DNA from: Basidiobolus meristosporus CBS 931.73
Taxonomy: Eukaryota > Fungi > Basidiobolomycota
Length of the DNA stretch: 64,000 bases
Reading direction: 5' to 3'
Assembly: GCA_002104905.1 (NCBI GenBank)
Contig: MCFE01000051.1
Coordinates: 131,979 to 195,978, forward strand
A program made the position numbers and the translations under genes. Shown piece after piece: positions 12,313-25,108 of the stretch (positions are counted from its first letter, which is position 1; every line of letters starts with the position of its first letter). Under the pieces are notes generated by a model, which saw only the letters and a list, made by a program, of their open reading frames with translations, was not told where the DNA came from and did not search any database.

Positions 12313-15300
12313 CTACTTCGTTTTGAAATAAAAGTCCGGATTCCCCCAGTAACAGGTAATCGTGTTCTCATTGATGGTATTTGGATCGGAGGATTCAAAC
12401 ACCCTAGGCTTCGAGAACAGGGTTACCTTCGGGGGCTGAATAATAGCCTTGCGCTGAATGGCGCCCCGTGAGAGTAACACCTGCAGGATGTCTTGTAGCT
12501 CACACCGGGACATCACCAAGGCAAATTTCCTATGGATGTTCGATTCGTACACGCCAGGCTTCTGGATGATATAGCCAAGTACCGCCTCCGAGCAGGCCCG
12601 TAGGACGGTCTCTACCGTGTTACCGTTGATGTCGTACCACATCCGGGCTGGCGCATACCTATGAACTGTGATCCGGGAAAACGGGTCACGGACTCTAGGG
12701 GACCGCTCTAATGAAGAGAAATCCAATTCTGGTGCAGGCGTTCCTGTAGATCGTATTGGGGTTTGGCTTCTGGAATAGGAGCAGACGGTTCGCTGTGCTG
12801 TGTCCACCATCCAGAAAGAGAGGAACTCTTGGGTGACATATCTAAATGTGTTGAATCCAACGCGCCCGATCAGAGGGGGTGAGGCCGATTCAAGTTTTCC
12901 GAGATATGCTTGAAGTATGGCATCATCCATAACGATGTCCTCATTTTTGATGGCCTTTGCCAAAGACAGTAGTGTGATCCCAAGCTTCCCACTGGTCTTG
13001 ATACAGTCGAACACACGCTGTACGTTGAATCGGTCCTCGTCGACCTCATATTGGCTCTTAACTTCTTCGATAAGGAGATTCTCGTCTATATCCGATGAAT
13101 CGTCTATGGAGGGAGTAATGAAGGAGGACTTGTACCTTTTGGGGGTTGGGCTGTCGATGCTGTGGGAATCCTCTAGTGGACGTTTTCTAGTCAGGTTGAC
13201 TGTGCCCGGGATGGCTTTGATCGGGCTTGGTGTCTGCTCATCTATTTCGGCGATCCTTTCGACAATGGGAGTAATGCACACGGAGAAATCCAGTCTTCGA
13301 TGGTCGATTTTCCGACTCTTATGATTGGGGACAATTTGCGCCTCATTCACCGACTCTGGATATACCGGTGAAAGGGTGATTTTGGAGTTAGACAGCAGGT
13401 TCAGCAAACAGGCCATCGTTCCACTGTTGGCCAAAGGAGAGAATACCAGGGGACCTTTGATATGGTGATGGAAAGCTGTGGCTTGAGGAAGCATTCTCTC
13501 CGGGAAAGTTCCAGTCAAGACGGAGAGGAACTTGTCTGACACATGAAATCCGCGTCCGGGGATTCGTCTATTGAACCCTCCCTTGACTTTCACAATAGTT
13601 CCCGCTTCTTTGGCATCTTCCAAGGCCTCAACAATCTGATTGTGGGGGAAGATGTTCAGTATGGAGAACGCGTGTGAGGAGTCGTACTGATCTTCAGGGG
13701 TCATTAGGATCATCTTCACCAAGGCCTTGATAAGTTCCCTTTGGATTTTGTTTTCATCGACGTCCTCGGACACCAAGTCCAGATTGTCGTGCAGTTTGGT
13801 GCGGAGAATAAATGGATGGGCGTACATGACTGTCATTTTACCACGGAGTGATACTGCAAATTCGACTTGATCTTCGAAGTAAACGTCTTCCCGGTGAGTG
13901 GAGGACACGTAGGATGGATCGAAGATCGACTCGAGAATGGCGGGATTTCTGGGTAGGGGATACGAAGGGATAGGGTCATGGGTCGGAAGATTGCGCAAAG
14001 CGCTCATAAAGTATTCTAGTTGCCCTTTCAAGTCGAAATCTATCATATCTACATCATCTTCGTCGACAAACGCCCCAGTCTTCAGGCCTTCATGATAAAG
14101 GGCCTCCCAGTGAATAACTAGCGAGTTGACCCTGTCCTGATTCCGAGTATTTCGGAGTAACACATTGATTCTGCGACGGCAGTTTTCACTTACACGCTCA
14201 GGAAAGACTTGGGTAATTGATGCCCAGAGAAACTTTGATCTTCGCGCACGGTATCTTAGGATGACGTACGCATGAAGCAGCATCTCATCTTCCTGGGGTG
14301 ACCAGTACGAGCGGTATCTCCGCGAGATAGATTCGTACTGTGATTCGAATCTCTCCTCATCACCGATAACGGGCAGGTTCTCTTCATTCTCCATCAAACC
14401 TGGGTTGGTAATAGGCTCTTGTTGCTTCCGGAGTTTTTCGCGTTGAGACCTTCTTCCGATGGATGACTGTGACGATTCCCCAGGAGTGTTCTTTCCCCTT
14501 CTCCTGCTCTTGTTTGGAGGGGTACTGTCTGAACCAAAGGAGGCCGATGCGGCATTTTTCAAAAGCCTCTCTCGAATCGTATCCCTGCGCTTCTTTCGAA
14601 AAGCGGACTCCCCATCTGGCATCTTTGAACTAGCGATCAGCCCTTCGTGGGTATGGTGCTTCCTCGTCGCCTCCAAGGCTGCAGATGCTTGCCTTTCACG
14701 TTTCTTCATCAGTTTGCGCTCATGATCGTCCTGGATTCTTTTGAAGAAAAACTTCACTCGTTGGACATGCAAACTCAGCTTGGCAGCAATTTGGCGACAT
14801 TTGACTTCATCTTCCAATGGAGTCAGTCCCTTCCGGCGATTAACATAAGACTCCAAGACAGATCTCTGATGGGTAGTAAACGGATATGACGATTGCCAGT
14901 TCCGAGGGTTTGTGATATGATACAGTGGATCATTCTTGGCATCCCCATCTTCTGCTTTCTCCGCCTTACCCCGCTTGGGAGTTGATTTGGAGCCATCTTC
15001 GCCACTCTCATCCGCGCTGTCGCCGCTATTTCCGGCTTCATTGTCACTTCCGACGTTGGCTCTTTCAGCCACCTTCTGTAGTGCTACGTACTGTAGCTCG
15101 CTCCAGTATATAGTAACATCCTGTATGGTTTCCAACACATATTCACGAATGACGTTGCGATTGGCCCCCGGGAAAGAGTAGTCGAACATGCGGACGTGTA
15201 ACGGCAGTTGATAAGCCGAGCTGACGATTTGAAAGGAGGTTTCAAACTCGCCGTCATTCATCTCATCCAGGCCTTCATAGATTACATTGCCCTGCTCGTC

Positions 15301-18300
15301 AAAGTCTCTAGCAACAGGTTTCAAAATCTCCAGAGCAACCAAAATATCCAACAGCTGCTTGAGTTGACGTCGATATTTGTAGTTCCCACCGAAGATTGCT
15401 GTCCGGATGGAGTGCGGCAGATCGATCACTCGAGTCGACAGATCGTTGTTACCTTTGATGTAGTTTGTCAACTCGGTATTTTGCGTGGTGTGACCAATGA
15501 TTTTCAAGTAAAGGTCCAGAGTTAGGTCGGTAAACAGCATCGACGTTTGGAAGACTCTTGCGGAATCATCGAGCGCATCCTGGTCCAATTGGCTGTTGAT
15601 CTTGCTTATCAGGAACTGATGCAAGAGTTTTGCGCGGACCATTTTGGCATTTATCCAACCATAGTCTTGGGCCGTGGAGAGCCACCACATATCGCTAGAA
15701 GGATTGGATTTCGCGGGGGTCGTAGGGCTGGTGTCTAGACGTGACTGAGAGCTGGTTGGGGTTTGTACCGTGCTGCCTATTCTCTTCCTCATATCCTCCA
15801 ACCTCTCCACTTCAATATTCTCCTCCTCGATTTTGGGGGGCTTGAATGTACTGCCAACCAGCATTATCCGATCCCGCATCAACGCAACATACTCTTTAAC
15901 CTCCGGACTTTGCGGTGTTAGTGAAGGATGAAGAAACAGGATCTTTGTGTTGTAAGTCCCGTTGAGGAGAGGGAGCTTTACGGTATACTGTGTGAGTAGA
16001 TTCTCTTCTTCCAAGGATGTAGCCGTACGAGCCAGTGTTCTTTTATCTATCGTATGAGGCAAATGGGCACCGGTTCCCAGCTGAGATGCCAGCAGATCCT
16101 GGTATGATTTGATGAGCAAGTAACTCAGTTCGAGGATTTTCTTCTCCTCTAAAAGCTGGAGTAGGAGTTTTCGACGTCTAACCGCAGTGATAGATTTCAG
16201 ATGGGAGGTACTACTTGCACTCGCCACAGGGACAATCTTTCGATCAGGTGTAACAGGAACCTTATCTACCGCGGTATCACCATTGGTCTTGACCGGCTCT
16301 TCGTTCTCGCTTTCTTCAACTGCCGGTCCTTTGCCCTTACACCCTTTGCTGCAGAACCAGTTCCCTTTGGGGATCGCTTTCAGCGGCGGGTTAGAGCAGT
16401 ACGTATGCTGGCCCTCGTTACAGTGATCACAAAGGAGAATGTGGCTATCATCATCACCCTTGTGACAAACCTTACAGACAATCTCATCCACATCCATACG
16501 ATCATCGTTGGGTGTTGGAGTGGACGTACGGGTGGACACAGCTGCGTGCTTCGAAGAGTCGCGACGGCTGCGTGAGGGTGTGTTCCCATTCAACACCTTT
16601 CTCATTTCGGAAGTGATACCATCCTCTTCTTCCAGCCGCTTAAATGCTTCAGTAGAATAGTAACGATACCGCCTCTCCCGTCCAACAAATTCAGCTACAC
16701 GGCAAATCCCGACTTGGCCAGCATCCGCCGGTGGTTTAAGCAGTCTGGTCAGGATCTTCTGCAATAGGCGGTTGTTGATATTACTAAGAGATTCTTGTAT
16801 TGCCTGGGAGAGTGGGAAAGGGTATTAGTAAGTTGACTCGGCTCCTCTTGTAAGATGTCTGCACTTCCATTACCCCAGCTGTTATTCCATCATCACCAGA
16901 TAGTTGGATCAACCGATACACTTGATACTCGAACGGTAAATCCGCAAGAACACCTTTCTGAATTATCGGTGCCGCTTGGTCTCGCGCTGGCGATGGCTCT
17001 GATACAAAGTCTTCACTAATATCCACCAGTCGTTCGCGGATTCTAAGTGCTATGGTTGCCCATGGTTAAGATTGCCTCTGTTTTTGCACCCGGATGATCA
17101 TCGGCAGCTTACCTTGTGGTTTGGACGGGATCAGGGGACTTGTATTATTTTGCGAATTCGGTACATAAGGCCTCAGCAATCTAAAACACCTGTCGTAGCC
17201 CTTGTCCTTTCTTGGTACGTTTATCCTTTCGATGTATTTCTGCTTTACCAGGATATCAATGGTGCGGTTGAACCACTTCCGCTGTTGTTTGACTGTAGCC
17301 GTGTCTAAACCCTAACGTTGAGACTCGATCAATCGGGATTCTGAACACACCTGGACATGAATATACTTACTAATGCATCCATCAGGTCTTGAGCCACCAT
17401 CACTTTGTTTAGCGCCTGGCCCAATATTTCCGTTAATTTTTGCCTTACGAGGTCGCTGTGAAATGAGACCCCCGTATCCGGCGAAGACGGGTTGTTTTCG
17501 GAGTTTTCATAGTGAAAACGTATGGAATCTTTCTCTGATTCGAGGGTAGAAACAGGATCCCCTCGTTCGCAGCTAGATGGCATCGTGGCTAGGTAGGCGG
17601 GGTTCAAATGGGCATAGCGAATGTGAAGGCACAAGTTAGTGTAAGTGCCTCGCGTTACCACCGGACACTTGACTCTAGATGCACGTCAAAAGGATTAGCC
17701 CGCGTCCAATGAGAAACATGGTGAGACTAAGCGTACACAAGCTTCATTTCGCATAGCACTTTAATAAAATGGAACACAGATCTTGGATCCATCGACAAAT
17801 CCTTGGCTATATCGGCTTGGGTTGCGCCCAATGTTCGGCCGCGTGCGATACGGCGTAATACCGAGGATATCATGGAGGAGAACTCTTTACTGGGCTATTC
17901 GATCCGAATCAAGCGATTGAGGGTCAGTAAGATCGTATCATAATGCTTCCTTCGGGAATATGAGAAAATACCCACACCTTGGTGGCCATAGAGGGCTTTT
18001 CGTTGCAAATCTGCGCTGGCAACTACCTTCAGCTTACTACCGTAATATTGCTCCACCTCGTCCAGACTCATACTTTTGATCTCGGTTTTAAAGGCGGCCG
18101 TTTTCGTGGAGGGTTTTTCGGGGGATTTCTAAGAAACAACAGTCAAATTAGCGTTGAGCCTCCGAACCCATCGTATGTGAGCAGCTTGTAGACGTACTGT
18201 ATTCTTCGGCTTCCTTCCCCGTGTTTTCCCCTTATTGGAAGCCTCCTCTTCGACAAGATTGATAAACGTCACTTCGTCCATTCTTCGTAAAATCTGCCAT

Positions 18301-18556
18301 ATATAAGATTTCATGGAAATGTCAAACACTTGAGGGCCCTCAGGATCTGGACCGGATTTCTTTCGACGTGAATTGGCGCACGCCGTGCTATAATATTCCT
18401 CAAAGAATTTCCATATGCTCGGTAAGGGGCAACCTGAAGTCAAAAAGAACCTTCGGTTGGTACGGTGGCAGACTGTCATCTGGTGGTGTAATCCAACTTA
18501 CCACTGTCACCTTCTACGCCGATTTCTTCCAACACGTATAGCAATAGATCATCCAT
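12313..18556 (-). CDS. TFC3: RNA polymerase III TFIIIC B-block-binding subunit (Tfc3/Sfc3/GTF3C1) with internal PHD finger, multi-exon
   Basis: Start MDDLLLYVLEEIGVEGDSGC (ATG at 18556). B-block domain LRRIARGRTLGATQADIAKDLSMDPRSVFHFIK near 17.8 kb; winged-helix repeats; SANT-like WSPQEDEMLLHAYVILRYR; 1483-codon terminal exon. Confidence 0.88.
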
Positions 18557-19041
18557 TGTCTAATCTGTGTTGAAGCTGCAGCAAATCCAAACAGAAAAAC
18601 GGAGGGTAAAAATTCCGAGTTAAAACACGAGATTCATGATGAATCAAACAAAAAATATCATTTCTGATATATGGCTCAACGCATACAATCATCCCTGGAT
18701 CGAAAAATTTAGCAGTCCACCCAGATTTGGCCAATGCGATTGAGGGATCCGCATGCCATATGCGACAGCTTGGAGTCCATCAACCCATCTTGGATTTGGG
18801 TCCAAGAGAAAGGTGGGTTGGGGATTGAAGCTTGATCTATGCAGATGGATGGTGGTAACAATGTCTAGTTAGCTCAGAAGCTCTTTATTTTACTGCTTTC
18901 CGATCTAGACGAATCAACCGTAGTGAGTAAATACGTGAAAAGGTGAACCAAAGATTATTAATATACATGATGAAGGGATCATATTCAAATGAAACGGTAG
19001 TGTATTGGAGGTGTTCCAGCGAATATATAGGATTCTTAGGA

Positions 19042-22000
19042 TCACTTGGACCATTGCTTAGCAATGGACTGGAGGGCGTTCTGTGTTCTAGGGTTATCAA
19101 CCGATCCCAACTTCCACAGAAATGCGAAATCGCTCTGGGCAGCCAAGGCAGTTTCGTTTTGAATGCTGGTGATGGCTTGTTTCATGTGTTGATTTGCCTC
19201 GAATTTCTTGGCGGCCTCCTCGGCTTTATCTACAATGGCTCTAGGCACTCCAGCCATGTTGGCCACATTCATACCATAACTCTTGGGGCACGAGCCCTCG
19301 GTAAGTTTGTAAAGAAAGGTGACTTCCTTACGTTCTTCATCCACTTGACAGCTCATATGCATTAAAGCGATATTCTTGGTTTTTTCCATCTCGGTTGTCA
19401 GCATGCCGTAGTGTGTGGAGAAGAGACCGAGACAGCCAACATACGTTGACAGATAGTGAAGAACAGAGTAGGCGATGGCGTACCCATCAAACGTACTGGT
19501 ACCACGACCGAGCTCATCGAGGATTACCATGGATCTGGGTGTCGCCTCACGCAGGATCTTGGAGGTTTCGCTGAGCTCCACCATAAATGTCGATTGTCCG
19601 GCGAGGATGTTGTCATTGGCACCGATACGAGTGAAGATTCGATCGAACGTGGTCATACGGCAGCGGCGTGCAGGGACGTAGCATCCCAGCTGGGCCATGA
19701 TGATTGCAACGCATGTTTGTCGTAGGAGTGTGGACTTACCACCCATATTGGGACCCGTCAGCAGAATGATGTTGGGCTTCTGGCCCCCGAGATAGGTGTC
19801 ATTGGGAATGAAGTCAGTGGCAACACCCGGAACGACACATGGGTGTCGTAGCTCTTCAAACTCCAAGACGCTCTCGGGGCCTTCGACGAACTCCGGTCGT
19901 GTGTATGGTTCGCCCAAGGATATTGAGCTCTTGGCCAGGCTGAACAAGCAATCGAGCTCCGATATCACACTGACAGCCTTGCTCCATTGAGGGTAATTGG
20001 CGTCGAATTTCTGATACATCCTGCTCTGGATGTTGCTTAGGATGTTGCTGCGGGTCTCCTGCGCCTCATTCAAAGATTGGACCAACGATTTGGTGGTCAT
20101 GTTCCAGTAGCGGTTGACGGCTTTGGTCTGGGAGAGTTTGATCCAGTTGTCGGGGACCTTGATATTCTTTGGCACTTCAATCTGGTAGATCTCCTTCCCA
20201 AGGTCCTTGTACTCGATTTTAGAGGAGTTGAGCTTCTTGCGGCAATCCTTGAGGTGGAAGGCAAACTGGTCCTCGATATCCTGAAGTTGTTTCACGACCG
20301 CATCGTAATCATCCTCTACGCCAAGGTGTGGCACCACGGTACCTTCCTTCTCAGCCTTCTCATGGTCGAATGCCTCGTTGAAGTATTTGATTGTGTCGGT
20401 GAGATCCGGGTAGCTGTTCAACAGAAACACCAATCTTTTGGAGGTGAAGGTGGATGATTTCTTCTTCATCTTGTTCATGACCTCTCCGATCGCCTCAAAG
20501 GAGCGGAGAACGTTCAACAACTCCTTCAATTTACAGGTGCCGGCATGGATACGACTGATAATACGCTCGAGATCCGGAAGCGAGGTGAAGATAACCGAGA
20601 GCTCATCCTGCAGCTCAAAGTCAGCGTTGATGTTTTCGATAGCATCCAACCGTTCGTTGATCTGTTCAGCGGAGCGGAGTGGGTGACAGAGCCACTTCTT
20701 GAATAGTCTCTTTCCGAACGGAGTGGAGCATCGGTTCAAGAGTTTGAACACCGTTCCTTCTTCGCCGCCGTCAAAACTATTCTCGAAAATCTCCAAATTG
20801 ACCAAGGTTTGCCCGTCCAGAATCAATGATGTCATTTGGTGAATGGGGTCATAGGCGTGAATATTCTTGAGTGACAACAACTCCTTATCCAACTTCAAAG
20901 AACGAAGATACCACGTCAACCCACCAAGCGCCGACAGCGCCAGATGCTTGTCCTGGAACGCCACGAGAGCAGCAGGCCATTTGCCGCCATCGGGGCCTGT
21001 TGACTGCTCATTACCCTCGCCAGCCTGGTCAAAGTAACCGCCGCGACGTAAGGCATCCAAGGTGGTGACACTATCCCAGAACTCGGTCTCCGGTGTAAGA
21101 TAGTTCCATACTGGGGCGTTTACCGAGTTTTTGAGGACCTTCAGGGTGCGTTGACTGATCCCATTCTTCTCCAGGATTACCTCCTTGGGTTTGATCTGAA
21201 GAATCAGCGTCTCGAAGCGGGTCCTCTCCAGGTCATCTTCGAAACAGCATATATAAAACGCTGCGGTAGCCGTGTCCACGAAGCAAATCCCCAACGAAGG
21301 CAATGCATTGTCACCGGCGCACTCCTCCTTGATAGCCATACAATAAGTGGACATCTCGTTGTGTAACAGACCGGAATCGACCAATGTGCCCACGGTCAAG
21401 ATACTGGTGAGCTCACGTCGAATGATCTTCTCCTCTTTCTTTTGGCTGGAACGCTCGCGCATACTCTTCCCGATAGCCGTCTCCATTTGTTCGACCTTGG
21501 CTACTTTGTAGCCTTTGGCGATAAACTGGGAGGCCCAGTGATCAAAGGACGACTCAGGGACCCCAACCATGCGCATGTTCACTCTGTCGGTCATCTTGAG
21601 GTCAAACTCTTGGTGACCGATATCGGCGTCTTTTTCGTAGAGTTCGTAAAACTTGCCTTTCTTGAAGAAAACGACCGTGTCGAAATGGCTCGCCTTGATC
21701 TCCCAGAACTGCTTCTCGAACGGGGTGAATAGGTTCCATGCGGAGGACGGGATTTTCAAGGTTCTAGGGTCGTAGTCAGGGTCGCCCACGGATTTCCCGT
21801 TGGCATCCCGAACGTCCACCAGCCAACTGTATCTAGTCTCGTTCTTTTCCTTTTTCTTGTCGTTCCGCATGGGGCTAGCCTTGGATGGGGAGTCGAGAAA
21901 GCTAGCCGAACGGCGTGAGGTAGGGGACATAAACTGTTGGAATTTTGCTTTGGTGGTCCTCGGCGTGGTGGGCGTACGAGGGGCTATTGTGATGACTTTA

Positions 22001-22491
22001 TTGGAGGTTTCTGGCTCTGGGCTAGCATCCTCGTCGTAAGGTAAATCCGGTTCAGGTTCAGAGTCTTGTTCCGCCGGTTTGAACTCCTCCTCGTCGTCAG
22101 AATTGGCGATCCTTCGAAGTTTGCGAGACGGGCCCTTTGGCGTGGAAACCTTGACAGGCACCACCTCTTTATCCTCTTCATCGGATTCGAAGTAAGTGAC
22201 TCTTTTCTTGGCCCGTGAGGAAGCAAGTGGTGCGATTTCGTCAATCTCCATACGTTCAGGCGATTCGCTTGGGACCTTCCCGACCGGGCTTGATTCCTGA
22301 GTGCTGGAAGAAGAGTTGTTGCTACTCTTAGAACGTGGCACAGCCCTGTCTTGGGTGGAATCTTGGATTCCGGCTGAGCGCTCTACATTCTCCTTCGTAG
22401 GTTTGGTGTTGGCAGCGGATTTTGTCTCGGGAGCAGGAGACTTGAAAAACGAAAAGAGCGTCCTTTGGGTTTTTGGCGTGGAATTACTCAT
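19042..22491 (-). CDS. MSH6: DNA mismatch repair protein MSH6 (intronless)
   Basis: PIP box QRTLFSFF at the N-terminus; FFKKGKFYELYEKDA mismatch-binding motif; GPNMGGKSTLLRQ Walker A; ILDELGRGTSTFDG; STHY. Confidence 0.96.
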   Translation of the reverse strand: MSNSTPKTQRTLFSFFKSPAPETKSAANTKPTKENVERSAGIQDSTQDRAVPRSKSSNNSSSSTQESSPVGKVPSESPERMEIDEIAPLASSRAKKRVTYFESDEEDKEVVPVKVSTPKGPSRKLRRIANSDDEEEFKPAEQDSEPEPDLPYDEDASPEPETSNKVITIAPRTPTTPRTTKAKFQQFMSPTSRRSASFLDSPSKASPMRNDKKKEKNETRYSWLVDVRDANGKSVGDPDYDPRTLKIPSSAWNLFTPFEKQFWEIKASHFDTVVFFKKGKFYELYEKDADIGHQEFDLKMTDRVNMRMVGVPESSFDHWASQFIAKGYKVAKVEQMETAIGKSMRERSSQKKEEKIIRRELTSILTVGTLVDSGLLHNEMSTYCMAIKEECAGDNALPSLGICFVDTATAAFYICCFEDDLERTRFETLILQIKPKEVILEKNGISQRTLKVLKNSVNAPVWNYLTPETEFWDSVTTLDALRRGGYFDQAGEGNEQSTGPDGGKWPAALVAFQDKHLALSALGGLTWYLRSLKLDKELLSLKNIHAYDPIHQMTSLILDGQTLVNLEIFENSFDGGEEGTVFKLLNRCSTPFGKRLFKKWLCHPLRSAEQINERLDAIENINADFELQDELSVIFTSLPDLERIISRIHAGTCKLKELLNVLRSFEAIGEVMNKMKKKSSTFTSKRLVFLLNSYPDLTDTIKYFNEAFDHEKAEKEGTVVPHLGVEDDYDAVVKQLQDIEDQFAFHLKDCRKKLNSSKIEYKDLGKEIYQIEVPKNIKVPDNWIKLSQTKAVNRYWNMTTKSLVQSLNEAQETRSNILSNIQSRMYQKFDANYPQWSKAVSVISELDCLFSLAKSSISLGEPYTRPEFVEGPESVLEFEELRHPCVVPGVATDFIPNDTYLGGQKPNIILLTGPNMGGKSTLLRQTCVAIIMAQLGCYVPARRCRMTTFDRIFTRIGANDNILAGQSTFMVELSETSKILREATPRSMVILDELGRGTSTFDGYAIAYSVLHYLSTYVGCLGLFSTHYGMLTTEMEKTKNIALMHMSCQVDEERKEVTFLYKLTEGSCPKSYGMNVANMAGVPRAIVDKAEEAAKKFEANQHMKQAITSIQNETALAAQSDFAFLWKLGSVDNPRTQNALQSIAKQWSK

Positions 22492-22979
22492 TGGGTCAAG
22501 CAATATACCAAGCAAAAGAAGTGGTTGATATCTTTGATTTGTGGTAAGTAGTATTCAGAAATGCGGGATCTATTTTTTGTTTTGATAATGCCATCCCTCT
22601 CACAAGCAAACACGGTCATGTTTATTTAGAGGAGCCATCAGTGATTGGCTGGGGCCTTGATGAACTGCGGCGCCCATACTACCTACCATCAGATTACCAG
22701 CAATGTATGCGATCTATGTGTGGAATATGAAGCTGAACTCGCGTCCACCATTGCCTGGACCATAGGAAATCATACGAATCTAGTTTATTAGGATGGTATG
22801 TGTTGAGGGATAAATGCCTTCCAACTGGCTGAGCACTGATCATCAGGTAGCCCAACCAAATGTATCTATAGAGAAAGTAAGACAGCAAGGCCAACACGTT
22901 AAGGCTAAAATACAACATTGCGAGGATATCAGATGTATTCCACGCTTACTAGAGACGTTAGGCCAGCTCATGCCAGGAT

Positions 22980-24677
22980 TTACTGCAACAGCTCCTTAAT
23001 TTCTACAAAAACCTCGGGGTTAGTCAACCTTTCATGGCAGGGTTCTATTTTCTGGTGGGCTTACTCTGCTTAGTTTCTTCAGTCAAAGAGGTGGGGAACT
23101 GGACTGTGTACTCGACGAAAAGATCCCCTTTCTCCTTGGAGTAGTTTGGATGAGGCATGCCTTGATCGGCAAGTGTCTGGACGAAACCTGAGGGAAGCCG
23201 TTTTAGCCAAGAACATGATCAAGGATGATTGAGGTGCAAAAACCAACCAGATGGGGTAACACCATCACGTCGTAGGATGATGGGGGTGCCATCCAAGTGC
23301 TCCATCGTCTTTTCAAAGCCTGTCAGAGCCTTTTTTCATTTGTGCATGTATGTTAGGAGAAGGCTTCGTCGCTTACCGACATCAAGAATGAAACTTACCT
23401 CGACAAGAGTGATATTCTCTCGGGCATACAAATTATGTCCTTGACGAGTGAATCTTTCGTGAGGGTTGGTACGAATAGTGAAGATGATATCTCCCGGGGT
23501 AATGTCTGGATGTTGGTCTCCTTCCTTCTCGTATACCTGGAAAAGCATCCCAACATGGCATTGTTAATCAAAATGTTCCCAGGTGGAAGTCAGATAGGTC
23601 ACCTACAATCCTGTGGTTGTCGGCAGTTCCTTTCTGAACGATAACTGTGAGTTGTTCGTATCCACGCTCGACCTTGTTTCCGTGGCAATGAGGGCATTGA
23701 GTCTTGATGACCTTGCCCTTTCCTTGGCAGACATCGCACCTTGGAGCCGCACGCAACGGTTAGATTGTATTCGGTGAATCGCAGGAAAACTATGGTCTTA
23801 CTCGGTTTGCATAATCTGGATTGCTGGGCCAAATTGTTGGCGGATCGTTCGGATACCACGGCCGTTACAGGTTGAACATACTTGGACATCAGAGGGGTCC
23901 TTGGCACCGGATCCATGGCAATGATGGCATATCACTTGTTTGGCGATGTCAACCTACGGAAAGAAGTTAGAATTTGCAGTTGGCTACCGCTGAGAATGCA
24001 ATAGGCTGGATACCTCAAGATCCACGCCAAGATACAGATCCTTTAGGTCAACCTCCAGATCCATGTTGATGGAAGGGCCTCTTCTCTCCGGAGTGTGGAA
24101 GAAATCTGGGGAGAAGAAGTTAGAGATCAGCCAAATGTGCAGGAGTTTAAAGACAAGTTGACTTTACCGCCGTTGTTACTACGAGAGCCTCCTCCACCAA
24201 AGAATCTAACGAAGAGTACTATCAATGAAAGGCCCATACACATGTACAACATCACAAGAGCTTACTGTGAGAAGAAATCGAATGGATTATGTCCACCACC
24301 CTGTTGCTCCTGCTTCAAACCTTCCTCGCCATATCTATCATATATTCTTCTCTTTTCATCGTCACTAAGGGCTTCGTAGGCTACATGAAAAGCACCCGGT
24401 TAAGTAGCTAGACACAGACACACGCCAGACAAATCAGCCTACCCTCGTTGAGTTCCATGAATTTTTTGGAGGCTTCCTTGTCCCCAGGATTCTTGTCAGG
24501 GTGATATTGCTTTGAAAGCTTACGATAAGCCTTCTTTACTTGATGCAGAGTAGCATCCCGGGAAATGCCTAGCACCGCGTAATAGTCCGCACCAGCTTGA
24601 ACCACCGCCAGCAGAACTGCTACTGTGAACACGGAGAGGGCAATTAGCGTAGAACGAGAAATACTTTGGAACCGCAT
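22980..24677 (-). CDS. SCJ1: ER type-I DnaJ/Hsp40 (Scj1-like), multi-exon
   Basis: Signal peptide, J-domain with HPDKN, four CxxCxGxG repeats ([32 protein letters not shown]), C-terminal [22 protein letters not shown]. Confidence 0.88.
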
Positions 24678-25108
24678 GGTTGGGCACTAGCTTGGATTTC
24701 ACAGTAGGAAATATAAAGCCGAAGAGGATGACGAACAAAGGGGGAATCGAAGTTGAGCTGTTGTTATCAGACAGTCACTAAGCTCTCCCGAAACGCTCTA
24801 TGTTATGGTATAAAGGCAGGTACTCTTCCAAATATCCTCGAATTTGCCCTCTAATATTATGCTCTATAGGTAATCTGGCTTGCATACTATTTGGCATACG
24901 CCGATTGGTGCATCTTATGATCAACCATACAGACTTGGCCAACACAGGACCAAATCAATGGAGAAGATGGGTGGACTGCTTTTTCATCATTACCAGAATG
25001 TTTATTTTGAGTATTCAATTAGTGACAGAACAGCGATGTTTCCGAAGACAACAGCACTTGCAGACCACTCGTGTCAGGAAATTGAGGAATGTCTACATTC
25101 AACGTCTA

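Noticed and set aside
12917-22528. Numerous plus-strand ORFs over TFC3 and MSH6
   Set aside because: Antisense shadows of long, well-supported minus-strand genes; no motifs.
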